A stretch of DNA of 64,000 bases, taken from NCBI GenBank assembly GCA_938045545.1, contig CALIBN010000010.1, forward strand, positions 32,001-96,000, read 5' to 3'. A program made the translations under genes and the position numbers. The notes below the pieces were generated by a model, which saw nothing but the letters and a program-made list of their open reading frames with translations, was not told the DNA's origin and made no database searches. This document shows, in pieces, positions 19,707 to 29,213 of the stretch (positions within the stretch are counted from its first letter, which is position 1; each line of letters opens with the position of its first letter). The DNA comes from an uncultured archaeon (GTDB lineage Archaea; Thermoproteota; EX4484-205; JAAOZP01).

Positions 19707-20198
19707 CTAAGCTGCCTTGGCCTCTTCGACTGTCTTAACCCTTACGAGTGGTTCTTCCTCTCTAGTGACGAAGTATCCTGGGGATCTTACAATCTGGTCG
19801 CCTATCATGATCTTGCCGTGAACTATAGCCTGCCTAGCGCTGTGAATAGTCTTTGCAAAACCTTTCCTGTAGACGATTGTTTGAAGCCTCCTTTCAAGAA
19901 TGTTTGAAACAGTCAGTGAGAGAACATCGTCAAGCTTCGCGTCTTTGCCGACCAAGCCAAGCCTGTAGAGCCTTGAAATAAGCTCAGACTCCCTCTTAAC
20001 CCTTTCCTCGCCCGTCAGGCTCAGATAAGAGCGGGCTGAAGCCCTAACACCCCTGAGGAAGGATGCGGCCCTCCAAAGTTCCCTCTTGTTCCTTAAACCA
20101 TACTCCCCCACGAGTATAAGCTCCTCCGTCAGACGCTCTTTAACCCATGGGTGTTTCGGATGCAGGATTTTGCTTCTAATCTTACGCGGGTCACCCAT
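19707..20198 (-). CDS. rps4: Ribosomal protein S4
   Basis: MGDPRK, YGLRNKRELW, LERRLQT. Confidence 0.96.
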   Translation of the reverse strand: MGDPRKIRSKILHPKHPWVKERLTEELILVGEYGLRNKRELWRAASFLRGVRASARSYLSLTGEERVKRESELISRLYRLGLVGKDAKLDDVLSLTVSNILERRLQTIVYRKGFAKTIHSARQAIVHGKIMIGDQIVRSPGYFVTREEEPLVRVKTVEEAKAA

Positions 20199-20204
20199 TC
20201 CTCA

Positions 20205-20681
20205 TCACTTTTTCTCGCTTCCAGAGGACTTCAAAGCAGCCTTTGAAAAACCAACAGGCCCACCGGTCCTGCCGGTTGTCCTAGTCCTCTGACCCCTTAC
20301 CTTTAAGCCGAGCGAGTGTCTAACACCCTTCCAAGACTTAATCCTCATCATCCTCTCAATATCCATCTTCTGAGCCAATTCTAAGTCGGACGTTATCAGA
20401 TGCTTATCCTCACCAGTTATAGGATCCTTCCTCCTGTTAAGCATCCAAGCCGGGAGGTTTAGCGACTTAGGGTTGTTCAGGGTTGCCTCTATCCTTGAAA
20501 CCTCATCATCAGTCAAGTAGCCGAGACGAGTATCCATAGGTATGTTTAGCGCGATGCATACGGCTCTCGCCGTAGCCCAACCTAAGCCTTTCACCTGTGA
20601 AAGACCATCCAGTACTCTCCTCTTACCGTCGCAATCCACACCGGCGATCCTCACTATCTCCTTAAACTCCCTGTTGCTCAT
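20205..20681 (-). CDS. rps13: Ribosomal protein S13
   Basis: IVRIAGVD, GVRHSLGLKVRGQRTRTTGR. Confidence 0.97.
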   Translation of the reverse strand: MSNREFKEIVRIAGVDCDGKRRVLDGLSQVKGLGWATARAVCIALNIPMDTRLGYLTDDEVSRIEATLNNPKSLNLPAWMLNRRKDPITGEDKHLITSDLELAQKMDIERMMRIKSWKGVRHSLGLKVRGQRTRTTGRTGGPVGFSKAALKSSGSEKK

Positions 20682-20849
20682 AAAGGCTTAATGACGCTTA
20701 CCGGAGCCTGGTTATAAACATTATTTCTGGACAACATAGAAAAAGGAGGGTTAAACCCGGTAACGAGGGTTTCACTTTAGGGGGTTGGAACCAGTATTCC
20801 CTCAGTGATTAGCCGCGTGGAAACTGGTTGCTGAACAGCTTTACATACT

Positions 20850-21280
20850 TTATCCTTTAAAGGAGTGGCCTCCTATTCCTTCTCACCTTTACAAACTCTT
20901 TGCAGAATCTTTGTTTCTCTTTAGAGTCAAATCACACATTAAGTGCGCAGCGTGAACCACGTCAGCCCTCCTCACTATCTCGTTGAAGACTTGCTCTTCA
21001 GACATATCCTTAGGGTTAAAGACTAAGGTGAAAAACGTGCTACGCCTGGATTCAGCTCAAACTCGACATCTACCCAGTATTTTTTCCTTTATTCTTCTGG
21101 CCACTTCTTTTCCCCAGTACAATGGTAGGATGAAGCCACCATAGGGTCTTCCAAATACTTCTCCCACTTCCCGTTAACTAGGTCATTAAGTATTTCATCC
21201 CTTTCTTTATGCACCTTCTTCTAAATCCTATTCCTTTCCTCCTCGCTCTTCGCCTTCTTCAGCTTGGAGCAATATACACC
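20850..21280 (-). pseudogene. Decayed ORF fragments of unknown function
   Basis: Coding-like frames (SKLKKAKSEEERNRI*KKVHKERDEIL...; MSEEQVFNEIVRRADVV) broken by stops; boundaries approximate. Confidence 0.35.
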
Positions 21281-21438
21281 CAGATCTAAAACTGTCTCCA
21301 CGATATAGCGCGTGCCAGCAGTTCGTATATATCTGGGCCAAAAGGTCCTATTTCTGGAAATAGAACCTTTTTACAAGAATAAAAAAGGTTTATTACTCGG
21401 CTTTTCTTTTTCGGTAAAAGGAGAAGAGAAGAGAGAAA

Positions 21439-22013
21439 ATGGGCATAAAACTTGATAAAAAAATAATTATTATTGTGTTTAGGCTGCTGGTCTCTAGTTC
21501 AGTAATATCCTTCGTAATTACGAGTGTTTTGTGTTACTCGCTCTGGGGTTACTACTGGAGTAAACCTCCATATCATAACCTTGAATATGGAAATGTTTCA
21601 TCTTCAAGTTATTGGGCAGTGGAAGACGCTATCTCCGACTGGAATAATATACCGATAACGAACCATCCTTCCTTTTATCCTGTAATCTCTGGGCCCCCTC
21701 AACACGTTGAAATCCATGACACTTATAACTCCACTGCCTTATGGGATGGAAAATGTTGGCTATCTCAAACTTCGGAAATATAATTGAGCATGCAATAATC
21801 TACCTTAACACCTATTATGTCGATAGTTACTCTTACAATAAAAAGAAGTCTTTAGCCTGTCACGAGCTTGGCCATGTTCTTGGATTATACGACGTGGGGC
21901 CCTATAATCCAGTAATAATGAATGGATATACTTATTACAGATACGATGTTTACGGAATTTCCACTCCACAACAAGACGACATAAATGGAGTAGCAGCAAT
22001 CTATGGGGGATGA
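21439..22013 (+). pseudogene. Secreted matrixin/M10-like zinc metalloprotease split by a frameshift near 21770-21785
   Basis: N-terminal signal/TM, AISDWN, then in a second frame HELGHVLGLYD and Met-turn VIMNG, PQQDDINGV..IY. Confidence 0.75.
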
Positions 22014-22019
22014 AGGGGG

Positions 22020-22661
22020 ATGAAGAGGAATAGCTTGATAAAATTAAAGTCCGCATCTATTTTGATAGGAATTATCGTCGGATTGCTCAGCAGCCTGGTC
22101 ACAATCAACCATATCCTAAATCCACAGCATATGATGAATAATGCTGAAAACGATGAAACTGAAGATGCGGTTGAGGTAAGTTGGGTAATATATTTCAGCA
22201 ACTTAAGAGAGCTTGTAACAAACTCCGATGTAATAATTCTAGGAAAAGTCATCGATGCTAGAACGATTATTAGGACTATTTATGAACCATGGGGTACAAA
22301 GGATATAGGGACTGCATATAAATTTGAAGTCGAGCAAGTGATAAAAGGTGATCTTAGAGTCGGCGAGGTCATAGGATTCGCTCTGAGTGGAGGCATAATT
22401 AATGGGAAGCCGAGAATGGTCATAAGAGAGGATCCTTTGGCGAACGTTGGTGAACGGCTTATACTATTTCTAAAACGCACCGAAGGAGGCTTTGCGATTC
22501 AGGGTCCATGGGGAAGATTTATCGTAATTTCAAATAAAGTGTATTCGTTGGGCGCCATTTATCTGGCTTCGAAAAACTATTCATTGGACGTCAATGGAAC
22601 CAACCTAGAAGAATTCATAAAAGAAATACAGGTTATCATGACAACATTTTACATAGGCTAG
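22020..22661 (+). CDS. Membrane-anchored or secreted hypothetical protein
   Basis: 213 aa ORF, N-terminal TM, ELVTNSDVIILGKV motif; directly downstream of the protease. Confidence 0.7.
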   Translation: MKRNSLIKLKSASILIGIIVGLLSSLVTINHILNPQHMMNNAENDETEDAVEVSWVIYFSNLRELVTNSDVIILGKVIDARTIIRTIYEPWGTKDIGTAYKFEVEQVIKGDLRVGEVIGFALSGGIINGKPRMVIREDPLANVGERLILFLKRTEGGFAIQGPWGRFIVISNKVYSLGAIYLASKNYSLDVNGTNLEEFIKEIQVIMTTFYIG

Positions 22662-22736
22662 TAGCGCGCTAGCAGACTGAGCTCGTAAAAGGCTTCTATA
22701 ATAGTTTTTCTTCTTCCATGCTTGCCCCTTGGCCAG

Positions 22737-22789
22737 ATTCGGGCTTTTTGAGCCGCCAAGCGGGTATTCTACCAATGAACTACAGACCC
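22737..22789 (-). pseudogene. 5' half of tRNA-Ala(GGC) plus intron-like hairpin; 3' exon absent
   Basis: GGGTCTG TA GTTC ATTGGTA GAAT A CCCGC TT GGC G, then GCT-CAAAA-AGC; TTAAATAT box about 25-30 nt upstream. Confidence 0.65.
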
Positions 22790-22999
22790 TAGCGTTAACC
22801 TTTTTCCTAATGATATTTAAGCTTTCCCTATAATCTTAATAGATCTGAATACGAAATATGGTCTAATATCCAAGTTACCCATCATTATATTACTAACTCT
22901 ATTACAAATAGGGCTAGTTAAAAACCCAGCTGTTCCTGTTACATCTTGGAAAAATAGTCTTCCGAAGAATATCTGGGCTAGCGTACACTATAATATAAA

Positions 23000-23047
23000 A
23001 TATAAAATGAGAATTTGAGTGCGATATAAAATGAGAATTTGAGTGCG
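23000..23047 (+). repeat. Perfect 24-bp tandem duplication ATATAAAATGAGAATTTGAGTGCG
   Basis: Units 23000-23023 and 23024-23047, at the truncation point of the immunity-like remnant. Confidence 0.9.
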
Positions 23048-23202
23048 CGCTCCCACCAATACTTGTACTCCATCCACCCTCGGAGTATTCTATCCAGTAT
23101 CTCCTCTGAGGAGAGACGGGAATATTTTTGGAAGGAATCCATCTTCCTGAAGTATTCTATGGAATCTACGAATCGCTTCTTAAGCTCTGGGTTTATCATC
23201 AC
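23048..23202 (-). pseudogene. 5' remnant of immunity-like family gene (copy 1)
   Basis: MINPELKKRFVDSIEYFRKMDSF...SSEEILDRI matches copies at 24328 and 54164. Confidence 0.8.
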
Positions 23203-24111
23203 CGTTACTAATCATGAATTCAACTTTTAAGCATAACTTTTTTAATTTCATGTAAAAGCTTGGTTCCCCCCAATATGTTGTGCAGAAAAGATTGTGTGAA
23301 GCTGAGGTTTGGAATACGTGAGATTCAATATCCTCCTTTATCTGGTGCACGGGGATTAAACAAACAATGAAACTATGAAGAATGAAGATTAGAGGTGATT
23401 GGGAAGAAAAGACAGATAAAAGCAGAAAAGGGTCAGAAGAAATAAGGTCGTGCTATTCTCCAAGGTGAAGAGTCCGGAAATGGTATCGTGAAATCGGTTG
23501 ATCTCTTCTTCCGTTGATGGTATTTTTCTTCTAAGCATTTCCCCGATCTCGGCTAAGGAATAAATTTATTTGGTTCCATTTTCTCAAGAATGTTATGTTA
23601 TAGATTTATACCACGAAAGAGAACGTTTTTGAAACAAAGCTTATGATGCTTAAAGAAACAAACAACTCCTAATCTTTAAAAGATTTCAGTAAAATTATAG
23701 ATTGCCAGATGAACCGCTTAAACTATGGTGAAAACTCTCCCAAGGATGGATTCATACAAAAGGAATCGTGTAAAAAATTATTGAACATATCAAGGGAAAA
23801 ATCGGATTTACCTTCATAAGCATTCTATAAGTGACCCATAAAAGCCCAATCTGGTCACCGATGTCTCCGAAAGTCATTGAATTAAAAGCTGGGAGACTTA
23901 AAGGGGAGCCCTAACCCCAGGGCCTTAGTCGAGAAATGCCTAGCCTTATGAGACTCTATGGCCTACGAGGATGGACATCGCAATAGACTATGGTGGAAGA
24001 TCGAGAAGGATAAGGATTTAAGATGGTGTTGACAGAATAATGAAAATGTTGCCTACTGAGTGTCACCTCATGATCCCGAGATCCTTCATAACCTTAAGTT
24101 AGTTAAAGCAT

Positions 24112-24212
24112 CGCTGGGGACGGGATTCGAACCCGCACGGCCCAGAAGGGCCACAAGCTTGCTTGAAGAGCTTTTCTCCAGGCTTGCGCCTTGCCAGTTC
24201 GGCCACCCCAGC
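24112..24212 (-). tRNA. tRNA-Ser(GGA) with 16-nt intron at 37/38 (24160-24175)
   Basis: Acceptor GCTGGGG/CCCCAGC, anticodon stem CAAGC/GCTTG, long variable arm, TTCGAAT, discriminator G. Confidence 0.92.
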
Positions 24213-24327
24213 GCGATATATTGAGGCACGCCCATCTTAAAAGTTTTTACAACATGCTTACAAAAGGCGTTTTTAAGTTTTAGGAGCGAGTTACGCTTAA
24301 ATGCAACTTCATGAACATTAGTGATGG

Positions 24328-24590
24328 ATGGTGAACCTGGAGCTCAGGAAGCGCTTCGTCGATTCGATAGAGCACATTAGGAAGATGGATTTCTTCAAGG
24401 ACCACTCTAACTTGTCCTCCGTGAAGATCCTCGAAAAGATATTCGGGGGGAAATAGACTACGAGTATTGGTGGAAGGAAAAGAGTCCGCGTAAACGAAGG
24501 GAGCCAGATTTCTACAAATCCCTACGAGAAAATGATCTGTATGGACTCATCTTGAGAAAAAGAGTGTATATTCCGAAAGGGGTCTTTGCA
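24328..24590 (+). pseudogene. Immunity-like family gene (copy 2), frameshifted and truncated
   Basis: MVNLELRKRFVDSIEHIRKMDFFKDHSNLSS.KILEKIFG, frameshift in G-run near 24450, then IDYEYWW. Confidence 0.8.
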
Positions 24591-25950
24591 CGCGCGCTCC
24601 CCCCTCTTCGGGCCTGTAGAGAGACCTGTGGCAGTGCCCTATTACGCGGATCTCGCTCAGGTCCTTATTCTCTAAAAGTTTCTTCATCATCTCCTTGGGA
24701 TTCGCATCCATAGGAAGGCCGAGCTCATGGCCGTGGCTAAACCTTACTACCTTCCAATTCGCTAACTTGACCTTTATCCTTTTCTTCGAGAACCTCCGGA
24801 GCATCGTCAGAATCCTTATGGCTTCCACCAATATCGGATGCGGGCTATACAGTTGAGGTTCCCACGGTCCCCTCGCAAACGTAAACCTTCTCAGGGTCTT
24901 TAAAAACTCGGGAGCGTTTGAATCCGAGCATCCAGACACGTACCTCATGCGGGCGCCGAGGTCCTTCAGAAAGTCGAGGAAACTAATGATGTGCGATGCC
25001 TTTGGCTTCCCCTCCACGAAGTCGAATACGTCGCCCAAGAGGACCAGGTGGGTCGGGTGGATCTCCATGAGCCTCCTCAAGCACGGCAGCCAGAGTGATT
25101 GGGGGACACCTATGTGTAAATCCCCTACGACCGCTAAGCAATCATCCTTCTCCAATATCATGTCGTAAACAGGTATCTCATCCAGCTTTCCCTTCTCCGC
25201 ATACTCTTTGAGCATGACCCAATCGTGCCACGCTATGTCATCCGGGTTTTCAGCGATCTGGTTTGGGAACTTAGCTGAGCATGCCTTACAGTTACACTCA
25301 ATGAGGTCTCTTTCCAGGTCTATGATGCCCACGCCGGATGACGTGCCCGCATAAGCATGCCAATTCTTGGCCTCTATTAGCCAAGACATGCCCGCCAGGG
25401 AGATTTCAGGGTCTGATTTGTAGAGATCATGCAGGCCTTTGAGGCCTAAGGCCCCTATCATCAGGGGCTTCGCCCCGATTTCGTATATCTTCACCAGCCC
25501 CAGCGAGTAGAGGTCGTCGGCGATTTTAGCCATATCCTCATGGACCTCGGCGCCGCGGCTTCTAGCCAGAACGTACTCGGTGGCGTGAAGCCCAACCCTC
25601 CTGAAGCCCATTTTCTCCAGCCACTCCGCGTGGAGCGCCATCTCTGAAGGGTCTACTCCCTTCAGCAGCGTATCGTTGGTATCCCCTCCTCAACATACTT
25701 CATCGTTAGGAGCGTGGCCTCGATCAGATTGGATAAATTCAAAGCCTTGGAGTACTCGGCGTAAACGGGCATATCCCACCCAATCACCCCATTGAAGTCT
25801 CCTTTCTTTGTAAAAGCCCACGGTGAAGTTGAACGTCTCTTCGGTTAGGAGCCTATCCGGCATTATTGTTGAGAGCAGGATTTGACCATCGAATTCTAGG
25901 AAGTTGTGCACTCCTTCCTCTTTAACCCTTTTTATGTTCTCGCCGTCGCC
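24547..25950 (-). pseudogene. TGT/DUF4417-like barrel with CxCxxC...H site fused to a calcineurin-like metallophosphoesterase (copy A; frameshifts near 25815 and 25670)
   Basis: EGVHNFLEFDGQILL, GWDMP, EEGIPTI.LLKG, ECNCKAC...AWHD; GDLH, LLGDVFD, SHGH, IGHCH; homologous to 56480-56850. Confidence 0.72.
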
Positions 25951-26802
25951 ATACTCCAAACGAATATACCGAAATACCAAAACAACATTTTGAAAAACCC
26001 TTTTTATACGCATATATTTTTTACTAATGGCCTCATATCACTACCCTCTACGATCTAATATTGGAATTGGATTTCTCGGTCTTTATAGAATGCATGCTCA
26101 AATCGTTAAAAAAAATAATAATCTTCAAAAAGCATTAAAATGTTATCGTTCGCGTTTCTCGGCCCTCCAGTATAGGTATGGAATCCCCTTCTCATAGCAG
26201 GGCCAATTCTCGTGCCTCAATTCATAACCCAAACTCACTACATCCTTAAGACCCAACTTCCTTCTCAGTAACCTTTTCAATAACCTTCTTGAAAATGAGG
26301 ATCACAAGGCTCTATTCAAGCGGAGGCGAGCCTTAGATAAATCATGTACGACTCTAGCATCATGTTCGCCACCAGTTCAACAGCCCTCATGGGGCTCGGA
26401 ATACCTGCGGAGCTTCTCGGAGCTGTTTTAGCGTGCACGCTATAAAGCCGTTAGACTTAAAAACTTCGGGTTCAGAATAAAAAAAGAGAAGAGTTGGATA
26501 AATGTCCCGTTTGCCATGAGAAGGTAGGAGGTTAGGAACAGAAGCTCGAGGATCTCTCCATAATGCTCATCGGCCGTAGTCTGCTAGAGCCATGCATTAA
26601 TGTCTTACTCTCCTCTCCGGTTTTCTCCTCAGCAATATGTAGATGGTGTCAAGTATTGCTGGGGATATTAGCCTCTCAACGAGTGTTAGAGGCTTCTCGT
26701 CCTAGTATAGCTGGAAGAAGGTATAATGGTCTTTGATAAAAAAAGGTCGAGAAAACCATGAAACGATGGCCAAATGAAAACTCGCGTAGCAACTAAAGGG
26801 AT

Positions 26803-27805
26803 TTAGTGGCTCTTCCACATTTTAGGATATAAGTCTCTGCTTATCACGACCCTCTCCACGGACACGACTATACCACTTTTAGCCTGCAGAACTTCGTCGG
26901 AACTCATCATAAGGGTGCCAAAGCCGACGCACTCACCCTTCAAAGTTTTTATGCACACAACATCCCCCTTGGAAAGAGGGTGATCTATCTTTGAAACTCC
27001 TTTGGAGGCGAGGGGAGCGCCGTGTGCAACAGCCGCCACCGCGCTGTCTTTAATATACACTGAGGGAAAGCCTTTGAAAGCGTCTTCAACAGGTTTAACG
27101 AGTCTTCTTAGAAGAGTCTCATCACCCTTCTTAGAGTAGAGCTGCCAGCCAGCGTAGAGCTCTAAAAGAGTTGCCGAAGAATCCTCGTCTAGAAAACCGT
27201 CCCTAACCCTTCTGAGTTCAACCATGTGTGCACCCGTGCCCAGCAGCAGGCCAAGATCATGCAGAAGCTTCCTGATGTACGTGCCCGGCTCGGTGACAAC
27301 CCTGAAGACGAACCTCCTGTCTGAAACATCCTCCACCGTAAACCTTACAATAATTCTCCGCCTCAGCGACCTTTTAACGGATGATTTAACCGGTGGACGT
27401 TGGTATATTGGGCCAGTCATCTTCTCAACCCATTTCCTTAAAGCCTTCTCCTCGAATTCCCCGTGTATCTCGCAGACCCCGACATACTCTTTACTCATCA
27501 TATGCAAGTACTCTATGGTTTTAGTAGCGTCGTTAAGACAAACCGGCAGGACACCGGATACGCCGGGATCTCCCCATTGCTTCAAGGGTCCCGGCGTGCC
27601 CAGCCTTCTCGGCGTTGAGGATCCTCTTAACGGTTGAAGACACGTCGTGGCTCGAGGGCCCCGGAGGCTTATCAAGGTTCACAACCCCCAGCTGCAGAAG
27701 CCTGGAGATGCTTCTTTTATCGGGGTGCTCACCGTACTTCTCGTCGGTTTCACACTCCTCCTTGACAAGCGTCCGGAACCTTACGAAGTCAACAAGCGTC
27801 CTCAA
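26803..27805 (-). CDS. cbf5: H/ACA pseudouridine synthase Cbf5, interrupted by a 13-nt intron
   Basis: [16 protein letters not shown]|[29 protein letters not shown] domain, YPKMW; spliced length 990 nt is in frame. Confidence 0.95.
27570..27582 (-). other. Bulge-helix-bulge mRNA intron AAGCAATGGGGAG in the catalytic Asp codon of cbf5
   Basis: Exon helix ACGCCGGGA/UCCCGGCGU, central helix CCCU/GGGG, bulges UG|A and AG|A; removal restores CUU GAU CCC. Confidence 0.88.
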
Positions 27806-28082
27806 ACCTCACGATCTCCCTCATGAATTCTTTCAAGCCGCTTTTCTCTATGGCCGTCATAACAGTCTCATCCTTAGAGTTCACCCTTATTCTGACGGTT
27901 TCAGCAAGGGGCATGAGGTGGAGGATGTTCTTCCTACCCCTCTTAACACCGTTCAACTCCTTTGGACCAGTTACGATAACACTCGTATCGTCAACGCTGC
28001 CTACTATAACGCATTTCTTACCCCTGTCCCTTCCACGGGTTATCACGCATATTCTTCCTGGCCGCAACACTTCCCTAGGCAT
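27789..28082 (-). CDS. rpl14e: Ribosomal protein L14e
   Basis: [27 protein letters not shown]. Confidence 0.94.
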   Translation of the reverse strand: MPREVLRPGRICVITRGRDRGKKCVIVGSVDDTSVIVTGPKELNGVKRGRKNILHLMPLAETVRIRVNSKDETVMTAIEKSGLKEFMREIVRFEDAC

Positions 28083-28089
28083 CTTCCCA

Positions 28090-28653
28090 TCACCATTTCT
28101 CCTCCAAATAGGCTGAGACGGCTAACTTAAGTATTCTACCGACTGACTCCTGGGAAAGGCTTCCAGTGTCGATAATGATGTCGTAGATGCTTAAATCATC
28201 GATGTTAAACCCATAGTACTCGACGAACCTTTTCCTCTCCGAGTCCTCTCTAGTAAGTGTTTCAGAAACTACTTCTTCAAAGGGTTTTTTCTCTCTGGCA
28301 GCAATCCTTCTGCACCTTTCTTCGAAGGGCGCCTTCAAATATATTTTGAAGGATTCGACGCCCCTGGCGAACCATCCTGCGAGAAGACTGTCTAGAACGA
28401 CCCCTCCGGAGTCGAGCAGTGATAAAGTAACGTTGTCTATCTCCCTGTCGAAATCAGGGGATTTCTTGCAGAGCTCTGAGAGCTGGGCAAGAGTCAACCC
28501 CTTATTCTCAGCTATCGAACGGAAAACCGAGCCCGTTGAAACATATCTGAGGTTGAACTGCCTCGCAAGCGGAGCTGCGAAAGTCGATTTCCCAACTCCG
28601 TGTAGACCCGTTATTATTATTATCGGGTTTCTCGGCCGCTTCAACCCCGCCAT
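28090..28653 (-). CDS. cmk: Cytidylate kinase
   Basis: GLHGVGKST, STGSVFR, DSLLAGW, YDIIIDT. Confidence 0.9.
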   Translation of the reverse strand: MAGLKRPRNPIIIITGLHGVGKSTFAAPLARQFNLRYVSTGSVFRSIAENKGLTLAQLSELCKKSPDFDREIDNVTLSLLDSGGVVLDSLLAGWFARGVESFKIYLKAPFEERCRRIAAREKKPFEEVVSETLTREDSERKRFVEYYGFNIDDLSIYDIIIDTGSLSQESVGRILKLAVSAYLEEKW

Positions 28654-28654
28654 C

Positions 28655-29113
28655 TCAGCCACCCACCCCAAATGCTTTCCTGAAGACCTGCAGGAAGAAG
28701 GAGAGGGATATGAAGTACCAGAGGCCGTAGTTCAACTGTACCTGCTCGTTTCCACCGTATAGCGATGCTGAGAAGCGTCCGGCTACATCCCCCATGGGTA
28801 GTGTGAACCATAGAAGGTAGAATGCTGAAAGCATGATGCCCATGTTCACGAGCATTGTTTTAAGCTGGAATGAGGAGACCTCCTGCTCAACCTGGGACAT
28901 GTAGACCTTCTGCTTGTCGAGCTTTTTAAGAAGCTTCTGATCCTTAAGCCTGGCTGCGGCGGCACGCTCCAACCTGTATGCTTTCAACTCCTCAGTCTTC
29001 AACCTCATCCTTTCAGGGTGTAGGATGAATTTCAAAACCAAGTGGCCTAGGAGCGAGGCGGTTGCTGAGACAAGCGTCACCGTGACAATTCCACTAACAG
29101 GCAATCGCATCAT
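28655..29113 (-). CDS. DUF106/EMC3-TMCO1 family membrane protein
   Basis: TM-coiled coil-TM pattern, WYFISL, position after secY. Confidence 0.8.
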   Translation of the reverse strand: MMRLPVSGIVTVTLVSATASLLGHLVLKFILHPERMRLKTEELKAYRLERAAAARLKDQKLLKKLDKQKVYMSQVEQEVSSFQLKTMLVNMGIMLSAFYLLWFTLPMGDVAGRFSASLYGGNEQVQLNYGLWYFISLSFFLQVFRKAFGVGG

Positions 29114-29213
29114 CCTCCGTGGTAAACGAGTTTAAACCATTCTTAGCGGGGTGCTCAACACTACGCGTCATGCTAACTCGTCGGAAAACCGGATGTTAAA
29201 TAAATGTTTCTGG

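Noticed and set aside
23000-23047. 24-bp direct repeat as a mini-CRISPR or att site
   Set aside because: Adjacent tandem duplication with no spacer and no tRNA similarity.
23250-24100. Possible decayed NucS-like nuclease (VIELKAG near 23875)
   Set aside because: Only one short motif among many stops; cannot be supported.
26020-26800. Short coding-like fragments (CPVC zinc ribbon, hydrophobic stretch)
   Set aside because: Too decayed to assign.
20700-26800. Intact integrated virus or plasmid
   Set aside because: No integrase, replication or capsid gene and no att direct repeat visible.
26803-27805. cbf5 as a frameshifted pseudogene or two genes
   Set aside because: The break is explained exactly by a BHB intron.
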